Positions 10,376-23,572 of a DNA stretch of 64,000 nucleotides are shown here, one piece after another; position 1 is the stretch's first letter; the number at the start of each line of letters is the position of its first letter. Source of the stretch: Octopus bimaculoides (Eukaryota). The notes beneath the pieces were generated by a model that saw only the letters and a list, made by a program, of their open reading frames with translations, searched no databases and was not told the origin of the DNA. The stretch covers positions 47,694,661 through 47,758,660 of the forward strand of contig NC_068996.1 of NCBI RefSeq assembly GCF_001194135.2. Reading direction: 5' to 3'. Both the position numbers and the translations under genes were made by a program.

Positions 10376-12196
10376 AATCATGCTATGATGATAGAAACAA
10401 TATTTATGGAGAAATTAAGGTAACGAGCTGATCAAAGTCTTTGCTTACTGGGAAAAATACTTAATAGTATTTCATTCTTTCTTACCTTGTTATGTTCAAT
10501 TATTGTTGAGGTCAACTTTACTTTTATTTTGGGGGTTGATAAATTAAGTACCAGTTGAATCCTGGGGGTCAATCTATACAACTTACTCATTTCCCCCAAA
10601 TTTCTGGCTTTGTGCTAAAATACAAAACCAAAGTTGCGAGGTGGTAGAGTCATCAGTACGACAAGCAAAATGCTTAGCAGCATTTTGTTCATTCCTACAT
10701 TCTCAGTTTAGTTGCCACCAAGGTCATTTCAGGGTGCTAAGATACAAAACCAGGGTGGCGAGGTGGCAGAACCATTAGCATGCTATGCTGGGCAAAATGC
10801 TAAGCGGCATTTCATCTGTTTTCATGTCCTGAGTTCAAATTCTGGCAAGGCTGACTTTGCCTTCCATCCTTTTGGAGTTGATAAAAGAAGTTCCATTTGA
10901 GTACTGGAGAGGAGTAAAACTAATCGACTTAACCCCACCCACCTCAAATTGCTGGCCTTGTGCCAAAGTTTGAAACTGATTTTATAGGAGAAATAAAGTC
11001 TCCAGTTTGGTGTCCATTCATTTCGTCTCTGTTGTACTCAAAAGTGATTTTGAATATATTTCTACATTTTGATTAAATATTAGGAGAGAGAGATAAAGAA
11101 AGGGGGAGAGAGAGATAAAAAGAGAGAGAGAGAGATAAAGAGAGAGAGATATAAAGAGAGAGAGAGATAAAGTGAGAGAGATAAAGTGAGAGAGAGATAA
11201 AGAGAGAGAGATAAAGAGAGAGAGATATAAAGAGAGAGAGAGAGATAAAGAGAGAGAGTGGGAAGAAGATTGCTTTTTGTACATTTTATTCTTGTCTTCC
11301 AAACATGAAGTAAAATTGGTTATTTATTTTCAATTAGATTCAATGATGTAGGCAGTTCAGTACACCTTGTCTAAATAGCAGCGTAATGTATATACATGCA
11401 TAAAAACCATGCCTGTACACACACACAAACACACACGCACGCACGCGTGCAAGAGGGTTTTAAATGTGGAAAAATCAAATGGTCATAGGAAAGGGGCTAC
11501 TTCTCCTTCACTTACTAAATAGCAAAAGAAAAAAAAAAGAAAAATTAAACACGTTTTTTTAGTGGTGGGGGTAAACAAGAGAAACAGGACCGTTTTTCTA
11601 AATAGTCCTTCACACTATCTTTTAATATTATTTTTATTACTTGGCGCTTTGAATTCTTAGCTGTTAATTCATAATGACCATCTATCAATCTCATAATGTT
11701 ACACATTTCTAATGCAGCAATAATTGAATATTTATTGGTATTGGAATGGTTGGTGGTTGTATGGCGCAAGAGGGAGGAATAAAGTATATTTTAGTTAGAA
11801 ATGATAGGAGGTTCTGATATGCAATTCATTAGCATTGCTTCATATACCAAAAAGTACATAAGAACTTCACTCATAATCAAGCTTCACTTCAAGTGTCACT
11901 TAAACATTGAGATGGGTACACAACCAATTAGTATCCAGAATTTTACATACCATGTTACTTCCCCTTAGGTTTGAATTAATACCCAACACAACTACTAAAA
12001 CAACATCAATAAGATTATGAATAAAAATCCAATTTATGTATCAAACAAAAGGAAAAAAAAAAAATTAAAAGCAATTATTTACATCCTAAACTTTTGTCAT
12101 TTCCATCCAAAAGGCATTTTTCGAAACTAAGATTTACATACTATTATTTATAGCATTATCTACTTCAAGTTCCATCATTGAAAAAAGAATCTGCCA

Positions 12197-12394
12197 GCGC
12201 AGGCGTGGCTGTGTAGTAAGTAGCTTGCTTAACAACCACATGGTTCTGGGTTCAGTCCCACTGTGTGGCACCTTGGGCAAGTGTCTTCTACTATAGCCTC
12301 GGGCCAACCAAAGACTTGTGAGTGGATTTGGTAGACGGAAACTGAAAGAAGCCCNNNNNNNNNNNNNNNNNNNNNNNNNNNNNNNNNNNNNNNN

Positions 12395-12441
<47 letters not shown>

Positions 12442-12650
12442 GTGTGCATGTGTGTCTGTGTTTGTCCCCCCACCATCACTTGATAACCGATGCTGGTGTG
12501 TTTATGTCCCCGTAACTTAGCGGTTCGGCAAAGAGACCGATAGAATAAGTACTAGGCTTACAAAGAATAAGTTCTGGGGTCGGTTTGTTCGACTAAAGGC
12601 AGTGCTCCAGCATGGCCACAGTCAAATGACTGAAACAAAATACAAGAATA
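12197..12650 (+). mobile_element. tRNA-derived SINE family A, near full length (head, internal (TA)n(TG)n, tail ...GCTCCAGCATGGCC.CAGTCAAATGACTGAAACA)
   Basis: Box A/B-like head GGCTGTGTAGTAAG...GGTTCAGTCCC. More than 20 related copies or fragments in the window. Confidence 0.85.
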
Positions 12651-12714
12651 AAGGAAATTATATGTTAAGAACAAAATTTCATGATTACTTTGTTCTATTA
12701 TATTTGTGATGTTT

Positions 12715-13080
12715 GATGGCTGCGTAAAGAAATGCCAATTTCTAAATGTGGAGGAACCCTACAGAAGAAGTAGACCCAAGAAGACATGGGACAAGGACAT
12801 GAAGCATGGTCTTCAGATGTTGGGTTTCACAGAAGCAATTGGTAATCGGTCAAGACCTTTGGTGATTCGCTGTGCTTGAGAAGATATGTCAAGCCAGGTG
12901 AAATTATAGTCATTGACAATGCCAGTGACATGTAAAAGGCACCCACTAAATTCTTGGAGTGGTTAATATTAGGAAAAGCATCCAGTTGTCAAAACCAAGC
13001 CAAAGTCACACTGGAGCCTGGTACAGCACTCCAGCTTGCTAGTTCCAGTCAAACCATCTAATCCAGTAGTTCCCAAAGTG
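12715..13080 (+). mobile_element. RTE-type LINE 3' end (ORF C-terminus plus 3' UTR)
   Basis: Translates DGCVKKCQFLNVEEPYRRSRPKKTWDKDMKHGLQMLGFTEA (RTE-like RGRPKKTW), running into the AAAGCACCCACT...GGGCATCCAGCTGT UTR family. Confidence 0.75.
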
Positions 13081-14029
13081 GGTGGTGGAAGAAAAGTAGA
13101 GCGATAATGGGGTAGTGATTCATGTAAAAGATGGGGCAATAAGGGGTAGTGATTCATGTAAAAGATGGGGCGATAAGGGGTCGTGATTTATGTAAAAACA
13201 ACAAAATAATGGGTTCGTTAGGTTAAGTTTTTGTTTGTGAAATACAGTTGCTTTGAATTTGCTTCAGAAAGAGGTCTATGTTTGTGATGGTTTATTGGGG
13301 TGAGGGCACTGGGAATGTGGTCAGAGTGTCAAGAGGGGGGGGGAGTTTTGAAATCTTTGATTTAACCCATGCTAGCATGGAAAACTGATGCTAAATGATG
13401 ATGATGATAATATATATATATAGGTCGTTACCAGTGCCGCTGGTGGCACGTAAAATACACCATTTTGAGCATGGCCGTTGCCAGTACCACCTGACAGGCC
13501 TTCGTGTCGGTGGCATGTAAAAGCACCCATTACGCTCTCAAAGTGGTTGGCATTAAGAAGGGCATCCAGCTGTAGAAACTCTGCCAAATCAGATTGGAGC
13601 CTGGTTTAGCCATCTGGTTCACCAGTCCTCAGTCAAATCGTCTAGCCCTTGCTAGCATGGAAAGCGGACATTAAACGATGATGATGATGATGATGATGGT
13701 GTGTGTGTGTGTGTGTATGTTTGTTTGTTTGCTTTTCAAGTAAAGGGCTCTATATATAGAAGAACATAAAACGTTTTATTATGAACTTCTTTTAGAAATN
13801 NNNNNNNNNNNNNNNNNNNNNNNNNNNNNNNNNNNNNNNNNNNNNNNNNNNNNNNNNNNNNNNNNNNNNNNNNNNNNNNNNNNNNNNNNNNNNNNNNNNN
13901 NNNNNNNNNNNNNNNNNNNNNNNNNNNNNNNNNNNNNNNNNNNNNNNNNNNNNNNNNNNNNNNNNNNNNNNNNNNNNNNNNNNNNNNNNNNNNNNNNNNN
14001 NNNNNNNNNNNNNNNNNNNNNNNNNNNNN

Positions 14030-14097
<68 letters not shown>

Positions 14098-15015
14098 ACA
14101 GGCACGTTTTTATGCATGTATATACATTACGCTATTTAGACAAGGTACGTTGAACTGTTTGCATCAGTGAATCTAACTGAAAATAAATAACCAATTTTAC
14201 TTCATGTTTGGAAGACGAGAATAAAATATACAAAAGACAAACTCTCTCTCTCTCGCCTTATATTTAATAAAAATGTAAAAATATTTTCAAAACCGCACTT
14301 GAGTACGATAAGGAGGAAATGAATGGGCACTGGAGACTTTTAATTTCTCTGTAAATATTATTGTTGTTGTTGCTTTGATCGTCATAGCATTGCTTTCGTT
14401 GAAGACGATGATGATGATGATGATGATGCTTTTCTGTGTTGATTATAAAGTAGTTGCTAGTGATGACTTTGTTGTTGCAGTTGTTATTAATTTTTTTATC
14501 ACCACCACCACCAAACACCACCACCATCATTATTACCATCACCACACCACTAACAACAACATCTCCACCGTCACTATCATATTGTCTTTCAGTTCATGCC
14601 TTACTTGATATACCATTAAAAAATGTCAAAGTGATAGGAGAGTAACATGAAATAAAGTGATTTTCTCAAAAACACCACATGCTACCTGGTCCATGAATTC
14701 AAACCACGGTTTCAGGAATGAAACTGCAGTTGTGCAACACCCTAACCACTGGGTTACACGACTTCGCAAATCTCTCTTGCATCCAGGGCCAAAGGACCAC
14801 TCAACAAAGGATCACAACTGATTATGAAAGGTACAACAAGTGGATGATAATTGCGATTATTTCATCTACTATTGGTTCATACAATTTTACATTTATTTCA
14901 GTATGGATTAGACAAGTGAGTTACTTAGGTATTGTTTTATAGCTAAATTCCTTTCCTGATGCCAACCAAAGCCTTGTGAATGGATGTGGTAGATGGAAGC
15001 TGAAAGAAGTCCATC

Positions 15016-15059
<44 letters not shown>

Positions 15060-15146
15060 TTAGATTCAAGGTGAATATGGTACTTAAGTTTAGACACCAG
15101 AATTAAGTATGCTATTATCCAAACAATTCCAAAATAAGGTGATTAA

Positions 15147-15281
15147 AAATCAAAATAAGCAACAAGGATATTCAAAGTTAATGCAGTACGATTGTTTCAT
15201 GTGACTCCATTTATTTAATGGAGTCGCATGAAATGAATGTACTGCATTAACCTTCAATATCCTTGTTGCTTATTTTGATTT
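15147..15281. repeat. 65-bp-arm inverted repeat (hairpin) with a 5-nt loop
   Basis: 15147-15211 versus 15217-15281; mostly complementary. Confidence 0.9.
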
Positions 15282-15304
15282 ATATATATATATATATATA
15301 TGTA

Positions 15305-15395
15305 ATGAAAAATATTGCAATACAAATGTAACTTCTACCCTTATGGGACTTTATTTTACTGGAAAGTAATACATTTGTATTGCAATATTTTTCAT
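15305..15395. repeat. Perfect 26-bp-arm inverted repeat
   Basis: ATGAAAAATATTGCAATACAAATGTA ... TACATTTGTATTGCAATATTTTTCAT. Confidence 0.9.
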
Positions 15396-17028
15396 GGAAA
15401 ACTTTTTCACTGTTCTCATTCTGTTAACAGCTAAGTGTTCAGGTGAATGTATTGGTATTGATGTGGCAGCTGATGAAAACTGATCAAATTTACGTTGTCA
15501 AATGTATTTGAAGAGCCAAAAACCGGTGCTGCGTTATCCGGTTCTGGGTTGTCCATTTATTGAATGTTCTTCCTAGAGGTAAGACAAATGCTTCATGTTT
15601 GTTGCACACACACGTCTTTGTCAGTATATACGCAGTGAAGCTTGTCGTATTTGTATCGACTCCTATTTTCCAGTAAATATTGGTGCCTTGTTGTATCACT
15701 CATCTGTATTTATATATATATGTATATATATATGTATTTATGTGTGTATCTTCATATGTGTTTGTCATCTCACTATTGCTTGACAACCAATCTTGGTGTG
15801 CTTAAACGAATGCATTGGGCTTCTTTTCAGAGCCAAATTTACTCACAAAGTTTTGGTTAGCTCAGTACTATGGTAAAAAAACACTTGTCCAGGTCGTTGC
15901 ACAATGGGACAGAACCAAAATCCACATGGTTTGGAAGCATACTTCTTAACCATTCGGCCATGCCCGTGCTGACAGATAATTTTAGCCAGAATTAGTGTTT
16001 TTTTTTTTCCTTTCCTTGTTCCATCTATTGATTGGATTTTCCCCTAAAGACATTAATTTTTCTCCCATAAATAATTATTTCATTGAAAGTTATACTCTTT
16101 ATGTATTTATATCTTTCTCACCACTTACAGAACTTTAATAACAAAAGGAATCACTGTTTCATCCATACCGTACAACACTACCGTCCTCACTTCTGTCTCT
16201 GAATCAAGTCGTGCTATAATTGTTTTTGTCTGTTTCTTTCATTGATAGAATTGCTGTCTGCAGGTCATTACACATTTAACAATGTGAATTGTTCTATTAT
16301 TTTTATGGTGTCTTATGTGTTATGTCAAGTGTCCAAGGTTTAATTGTCTATGTGCATTGCCATGCCTACAAGTATTATTGTTTTTTACTATTATCATTAT
16401 TATTTTAATATTTTTATTATTATTAAGGCATTGAGTAGGCTCCTTTGTTAACATACTGACCAAAATGCTTAGTGGCATTTCATCTGTCTTTACATTCTGA
16501 GTTCAAATTCTGCCAAGGTTGAATTTGACTTCCATCCTTTTGCAGTTGATAAAATGAGTACCAGTTGAACACTGGGGTTGATGTAACTGACTTATTCCCT
16601 TTCATGAATTTGCTGGTCTTGTGCCAAAATTTGAAATCATCATCATCATCACCATCATCATGAAAATCCCCCTCACTTTATGCTGGTCTTTGTACTGTTC
16701 ACCTCATCCTTCGCTCTTGAGGTAAATAAATGATATCATTAATATAACTATCATTATTATCATTGTTATTATTAAGATGGTGAACAGGCACTTTTGTTAG
16801 TAAATGCTGAACAAAATGTTCAGCAGCATTTCATTTGTCTTTTCATTCTGAATTCAAATTCCACTGAAGGAGAGTGCCTTTCATCCTTTTGAGATTGATA
16901 AATTAAGTACCAGGTGAGCGCTAGGGTTGATGTAACTGTCTAGGCCCCTCTCTCAAAATTTCGAGTGTGTCAATAGTAGAAAGATTATAATCATCATCAT
17001 CATCATTATTATTATTTTATTATTATTA

Positions 17029-17505
17029 TTGAGTGAGAGAGCAGTGCATGCCATCAAAATGACACTGGGGTAAAATATACGAAGCCCACTATACCCATCA
17101 TGACTACCCATCTGATAAGGGTACACCAGGCACATGCATCACAACCATGTGTGGTTGACATGGTGATTTCATATCAAGATAAACAGCGCATGACCTCGCA
17201 GGTGGGATCCAGTTAGAATTTTCTTCAAGTTGAGTAGGCCATCCCGCTCAAAAGATCCCTGAATAAGGTTTGTTTAAGGATGTTAAATGAAACACCCATG
17301 TTTCCAGAGGTGTATTTTTCAAACCCCAAAGAATTCCTCGCAACACATAGCTATGATGCTCCCCCACTACTTCTGCTCATGATCAGAGATGCACATATCA
17401 TCAACCACCAAGGGACATGCTCAACTGGTTAAGGTCAAACAACTGACAAGCAAATCTGTGGTATTGAGCAGAATATTTGCTGTAGCTCATCTTTTTATAC
17501 CAAGA

Positions 17506-17506
<1 letters not shown>
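17029..17506. mobile_element. Family E copy
   Basis: Direct alignment to 1902-2436 by eye. Confidence 0.8.
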
Positions 17507-17542
<36 letters not shown>

Positions 17543-17698
17543 ACTATCATCATTATTTTACTTCTTAGAGCTGTTGGTCTTACTTGCTCTGGTTGATTCT
17601 GTGAGAGCAGACAGCAACCTGTTGCCAGAGGTCTCACAAGATTTCTTTCCACATATTATAAGCCTTAATACCAGGATGTTAACTTGTCATGAAAGACA

Positions 17699-17745
<47 letters not shown>

Positions 17746-17945
17746 GAATTGTTTGCATGCAGGACGAAATGCATAGCAGTATTTTGCCTGTCCCTATGCT
17801 CTGAGTTCAAATTCCATCAAGGTTGACTTTGCCTCCTTTCATCCTTTCGGGATTGATTAAATAAGTACCAGTGGAACACTGGGGTCGATGTAATAAACTA
17901 GTCCCCTCCCACAAATTTCAGACCTTTGTGCTCTCGGTTGGAGGG

Positions 17946-17986
<41 letters not shown>

Positions 17987-18539
17987 GATGGCAAACTGGC
18001 AAAATTGTCAGCATGTCAGACAAAATGCTTAGCAGCACTTCTGCTATATGTTCCAATTTCAAATGTTGCCAAAGTTTTTCAACCTTTCAGGGCCAATAAA
18101 ATAGATGCAAGTTGTGCATTGGGGGAGGGGAGGGGTCAGTGGAAAATTCCCCAAAGTTTCAGCCCTTGTGCCTACAGTTGAAAGGATTATTATTATTATT
18201 ATTATTATTATTGTTGTTGTTGTTGTTGTTGTTTAAGTCTGTCTTTTCAGAAGAATGGAAACAGATAAATGTGGGCACAGTTTTCACTAAAAATCTCAAA
18301 AGTGTTTTGATCTTTTCCCCATCTTGTATTATGACTTTCTTAATATTTCGACCATGACACACACAAAAAAAAAAAACTCTCAGCAAGAAAACAAATAAAC
18401 ACAACCAAAAATAAACAATATCTCAGTAAACAGAACTGGTTTATCCAACTGGATGATAAATGTTGATGATAAATGAGAAATAAATTAGCAGAGTAAACTA
18501 ACCAATTGCCATTAAGAAATAACCCAAACAAAACAAAAA

Positions 18540-18780
18540 TACATTATTTACATTTGACGGATATTTGTCCTCATCTTGGTTTTTGTTAACACAACATTTC
18601 AGCTGATATACCCTCCAGCCTTCATCAGGTGTCTTGGGGAAATTTCGAACCTGGGTTCTCATTCCCAAGGTATTTTTCGATATTATTATTATTATTAATT
18701 ATTATTATTCAGGTCACTGCCTGGAATCGAACTCAGAATCTTGGAGTTAGGTAGCCCGTGCTTTTAACCACTATGCCGTA
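18540..18780 (-). mobile_element. Single (non-palindromic) copy of the tRNA-headed HHR SINE; HHR-like motif at 18588-18633
   Basis: Aligns by eye to 3583-3810. Reverse complement of the motif is GACAC-CUGAUGA-A-GGCUG..CAGCU-GAAA-U-GUU-GUGUU. Confidence 0.8.
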
Positions 18781-19180
18781 TGCAGATGATCAAATAAGAT
18801 CATTTGAAAAAAACATAACAATATTATGAGTGACAATCAAACTGAAGAGAAGATTTCTGCTGCTGTTTAACCCAAAGGTAATAATGAGTAAGATTAAGTA
18901 AGACTGTGATTAATGACATCTCATGACTGACCATCCATTCTCTTTCCCAGATAAAGTGTATCTGAGACATTGTCCAACATTTCATTCCTATTTTTTCTGT
19001 ACAGAGTGTGAGGTGTGATTTTGGGGACATTTTCTTGTTTTATCAGAGGGGTTAAGTAACCATATAGAGGTCCTTCATTGGCTTGTTGAAGAGAAATGGT
19101 TGATATTGATGTTAGCCTTGTTTTGTTTTGAATATGTAATTTTTTTTACAAAATACTGAAACAAGTAAAAGAATAATAAC

Positions 19181-19572
19181 AACAAGAGCACTCAAAGAGC
19201 ACAGACCTCTGCCAAGGCAACACCAACATCCTCTCATTGAGATGATTTGTAAGACAATGATTTTTAAGACCAGAATATCTGAAATAAACTCGACTGCTAT
19301 CACAAATGAGAATACTAGAAACGAACCTGACCGCTCTCAAAAATTAAGTAAAAAAAAAAAAATAGAAAAATAATCCAGATTCCTTGTCCGGTACTAGATC
19401 GATCCTAAAATCTAATCAGTTCATGCCAGTCACGAGGCCAAACATCTCTGAAAGTTTCATCCAAATCCATCCAGCGATTCTTGAGATATCTTGTCCATGG
19501 ACAAAAAAAAAAAAACAAGCAAACAAACATGACTGAAACAATACCTCCGCCTTCGCTAAGGTGAAAATAATA
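19181..19572 (+). mobile_element. Helentron/HINE-like non-autonomous element
   Basis: Subterminal ACCTCTGCCAAGG near the 5' end and a 3' ACCTCCGCCTTCGCTAAGGTG hairpin remnant, in A/T-run flanks. Classification is an inference. Confidence 0.45.
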
Positions 19573-20057
19573 ATGGTTAAGAGAAAGAGCGAAAGAGTAT
19601 GTATGCATACATACATACATACGTACGTACAAGAATCATACATACATACATACATACATACAGGCACAGGCGTTTGGTAAGACATTTGCATCCGAATCAC
19701 ATGGGTCTGGATTCAGTCCTACTGCATGGCACATAACACAAATGCCCTGTACCATAACCTACAACTGATCAAATTCTTATGAGTGTGTATGGTAGACAGA
19801 AAGTGAAAGAAGATCATTGTATTGTGTGAGTGTGTATATATATATATGTGTATGTGTGTGTATATAAATATACTCTATTATTAAAGCTTCAAAAATATCA
19901 CAAAAAATTACTACTCAGAGTTTCATGTTCTTATTCATTAGGCAGTTGTGATATTTTTGTGATGTTTTTACTGCTTTATTAATAAAGCATATTACTCTAC
20001 CTCTGGTATTTGAGTACTCTTATTTCCCACCTTGTTTCACATTTATGTGCTTACTCT

Positions 20058-20089
<32 letters not shown>

Positions 20090-20094
<5 letters not shown>

Positions 20095-20381
20095 GAGAAT
20101 ATACAAATAATAACAACAGACGAGGACAGGTGGTGTAAATAACAAAAGTATATATTAGTATGACGCTCGGGAATACGGAAAGTCTTTGACGTTTCGAGCT
20201 ACGCTCTTCAACAGAAAGAATACGGAGACAAGGAGAAAAACACGGAGAAAAAAAATTGAATAGTGTTCAGTCAACGGTCAATCATAATAATGGCTGATCA
20301 TAACAATGGCTGACCGGAAGTTAGAAATTCTTTTTTCAGGAGAGCTAAGAAAATGGGGAGATAACAAACAGTGATCGAAGA

Positions 20382-20400
<19 letters not shown>
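20090..20400 (-). mobile_element. Penelope-terminus-like repeat with variant HHR-like motif (20183-20219)
   Basis: Reverse complement UCUUU-CUGUUGA-A-GAGC(GUA)GCUC-GAAAC-GUC-AAAGA. Related copies at 37400-37590 and 47720-47910. Confidence 0.6.
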
Positions 20401-20416
<16 letters not shown>

Positions 20417-20920
20417 TGCATATGCTGTTGTTTCATTGCCTTGACATTGTATGACAGTTGTTGTGGAAACAGTGTCCTATGTTTCCAAACTTCAATGAAG
20501 ATATGTCTGACCATGGGGAAATATTACCTTACTTGGAAGCAGGTAAGGGTTGGTGACAGGAAGAACATCTGGCTACAGAAAATTTTCCTTAGCACATTCT
20601 CTCCAACCCATGAGAACATGGAAAATTTGATGTTAAAATGAGGATGATGATATATTTTGTGTCTATAAATAGATTGCCTACTCATTTCTCTGAGATTGGT
20701 TACATGATACAGAACCTCTGATGAGATCCCAATAAGGGTGAAAATCAACTAAGGCTGCTTGTCATGTCTTCAGTTTATGGAAAAATAAATTTGACATGTT
20801 TGTATATCAACACCATAGGTTTACATCCAACCATCCATCCCTCCAAATCTCTTTACTATCTCCTCCATGAAATGTGTGTGTGCTTGTGAATCAGATTTCT
20901 TTAGATGCATATTATTAGAA

Positions 20921-20983
<63 letters not shown>

Positions 20984-23175
20984 AGGTTCTTTCAGTTAGT
21001 GACTGCCAATTCCAGTCAGAAGGCTTTGGTTAGCCCAGAGTGAAGTAGGAGAAACTTGACCAAGGTGCCACACAGTAAGACTGAATCTGAAACCGCACAT
21101 TTGAGAAGCAAGTTTCTTAATGACACAACCATGCCTGTACCTAACAACAATCATGCTATAAATAATGAATCAACAAGGGAGCCTCTCTCTGTTCACATGA
21201 CCAGCTAGAATTAGCAGCTAATCCTCCCTTAAATCACATCCTATCATAATCATCATCATCATTATTTAACATCTGTTGTCCATGGATTGGATTGCTTGAC
21301 CAGGGCTGGTAAGCTGAGGAGCTGCACCAGACTCCAATTATTTGTTGTGGCATGGTTTCTATGGTTGGATGCCCTTCCTAATGCCAACCACTCTGAGAGA
21401 GTAATGGGTCCTTTTTATGTGCCACTGGTACAGGTACTATTTGAGTGACACCACAACTGCAATTTTGCTTGGCTTGATGGGTCTTCTTCTCAAGTACAAC
21501 ATGATGCCAATGGTCTCGGTCATTTATCATTGCCTCCGTGAGGCCCAACACTTGGAAGGTGCTTTTCGCATGCCATCAGCATTGGCTACTTTGCCTCCAT
21601 GAGGCACAACACTCAAAAAGGTGCCTTTTACATGCCACCAGCATGGGTGCTTTTTACGTGCCACCAGTATGGGTGTCAGTTACGTGACACCAGCATCAGC
21701 CACGCTGGTCAGATAATATACTCTGGGGAAAACAAAGAGCAAACAAGCAGTGTGGTCATGGCTGGATTGGGATGCCTTCAATTGTTGATGTTGATTTATT
21801 CATTCATGATTAACCTGTGAACTAGACAACACCATTTTTATCATCGTCATCATTATTATAATAATCATAGGAGTCTAGGAATTCAATTTCATTTCAGCAA
21901 AAGACAATGACTTGAGTTAAACAAATTTTTCATATTTACTTAACAGCAAACCAATTGTAATTTTGTTGATTTTTGTTTTCTCCCTTAAGCATAAACTTTC
22001 TAGAATGAGAATAAATATTGTTTTTTTATTATATTTTTTGTTTTGGTTTGGTTTAAGTGTATAAATGAATAATTAAAAATCTTATTGATGCAACTTCAAG
22101 TTATCTGCATATTAAACTATGGTATGGAATACATTTAACTTGAATTTCAAATTAAAATATATCCTGCCAAAACATTAAAATGCATTTGAAGAGTGTCTGT
22201 TTAAGAAAGTAGAAGTTTGAACACAAAATATAGTCTAGCATATGATTCTATTTGTAAAATAGCACCATGTTTTGTTAAGCATTTGGTTTTTGTAAATTTT
22301 ATTCATTAACACATAATGGGGATTTTAAAATCAATTTTATTAATTTAAAAAAAAAAAATTACATCATTAAAAATGAAGGAAAATATCCTAGAGAAATAAT
22401 AATTGACGAGAAGATAGTTCATTTCATGATTCAGAAGTCCTTGTGGAGAATCAGCTGAATAAACAAGAGTTAAAAATAAATCCCAGAGCGAAACCATTAT
22501 CAATAACAAATTAGGATTATCTGCCTCATATACACAGATAGAGAAATAGTATGAACAGACAGACCAATGTAACAGCTTCTATTAATCCCTGAGTAAATAT
22601 TTGATTTTATAACTCTCATTGTTATTATTAATACCATTACTATTATTATCTCCTCCATGAAATATGTGTGTGTTTGTGAATTATTATGATTAAAGTGGTA
22701 AGATGGCACAATCGTTAGCATGCCAGGTAAAACACTTTGCAGCACTTCATCTGTCTGCACATTCTGAGTTCAAATTCTGCTCAGGTTGAATTTGCCTTTC
22801 ATCTTTTTGAGGGTGATAGATTAAGTACCAGTGAAACACTGGGGTCAATGTAATTGACTGGTCTCCTTCCCCAAAATTTCGGGCCTTGTGCCTTAAGTAG
22901 AAAGGATTATTATTATGATTGAGATTGCGAGATAACAGGATCATTACCACATAGGACAAAATTCTTAGTAAGATTTCTTCCAACTCTTTATGTTTTGAGG
23001 TCAAGTGCCACTAAGGTTGACTTTGCTGTACATTCTTTCAGGGTTGATAAAACCCTGAAAGTTGAGCACTGGGGGCAATATAACCGACCAGCCTCTTCCA
23101 CAAAATTTCAGCACAATGTTGTCATTTTAAATAAAGAAAGGATTATCATTATTATTATCATCATCATCATTATTA

Positions 23176-23572
23176 TTGAATGAGAGAGCAGTGCATGCCA
23201 TCAAAATGACACTGGGGTACAAATATACGAAGCCCAGTATACCCATCATGACTACTCATCTAATAAGGGTACACCAGGTACATGCATCACAACCACATGT
23301 GGGTGACAATGTGACCTTATATCAAGATAAACAGCACATTACCTTGCAGATGGAGCCCAGTTAGAATTTTTTTTCAGGTCAAGTAGCCCATCCTATTCAA
23401 AAGGTCCTTGAATAAGGGTTGTTTAAGGACGATGAATAAAACCCCATGTTTTCAGGAGTGAATTATACAAACCCCAAAGAATCCCGCTTGACACATGGCT
23501 ATGATGCTCCCCTACTACTTCTGCTTGTGATCAGAGATGCACATATTGTGAACCACTAAAGGACATTCTCAA
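23176..23572. mobile_element. Family E copy (truncated)
   Basis: Direct alignment to 1902-2436 by eye. Confidence 0.8.

Noticed and set aside
13101-13198. Three ~35-bp tandem units with GGGG runs
   Set aside because: Small local duplication with no evidence of function.
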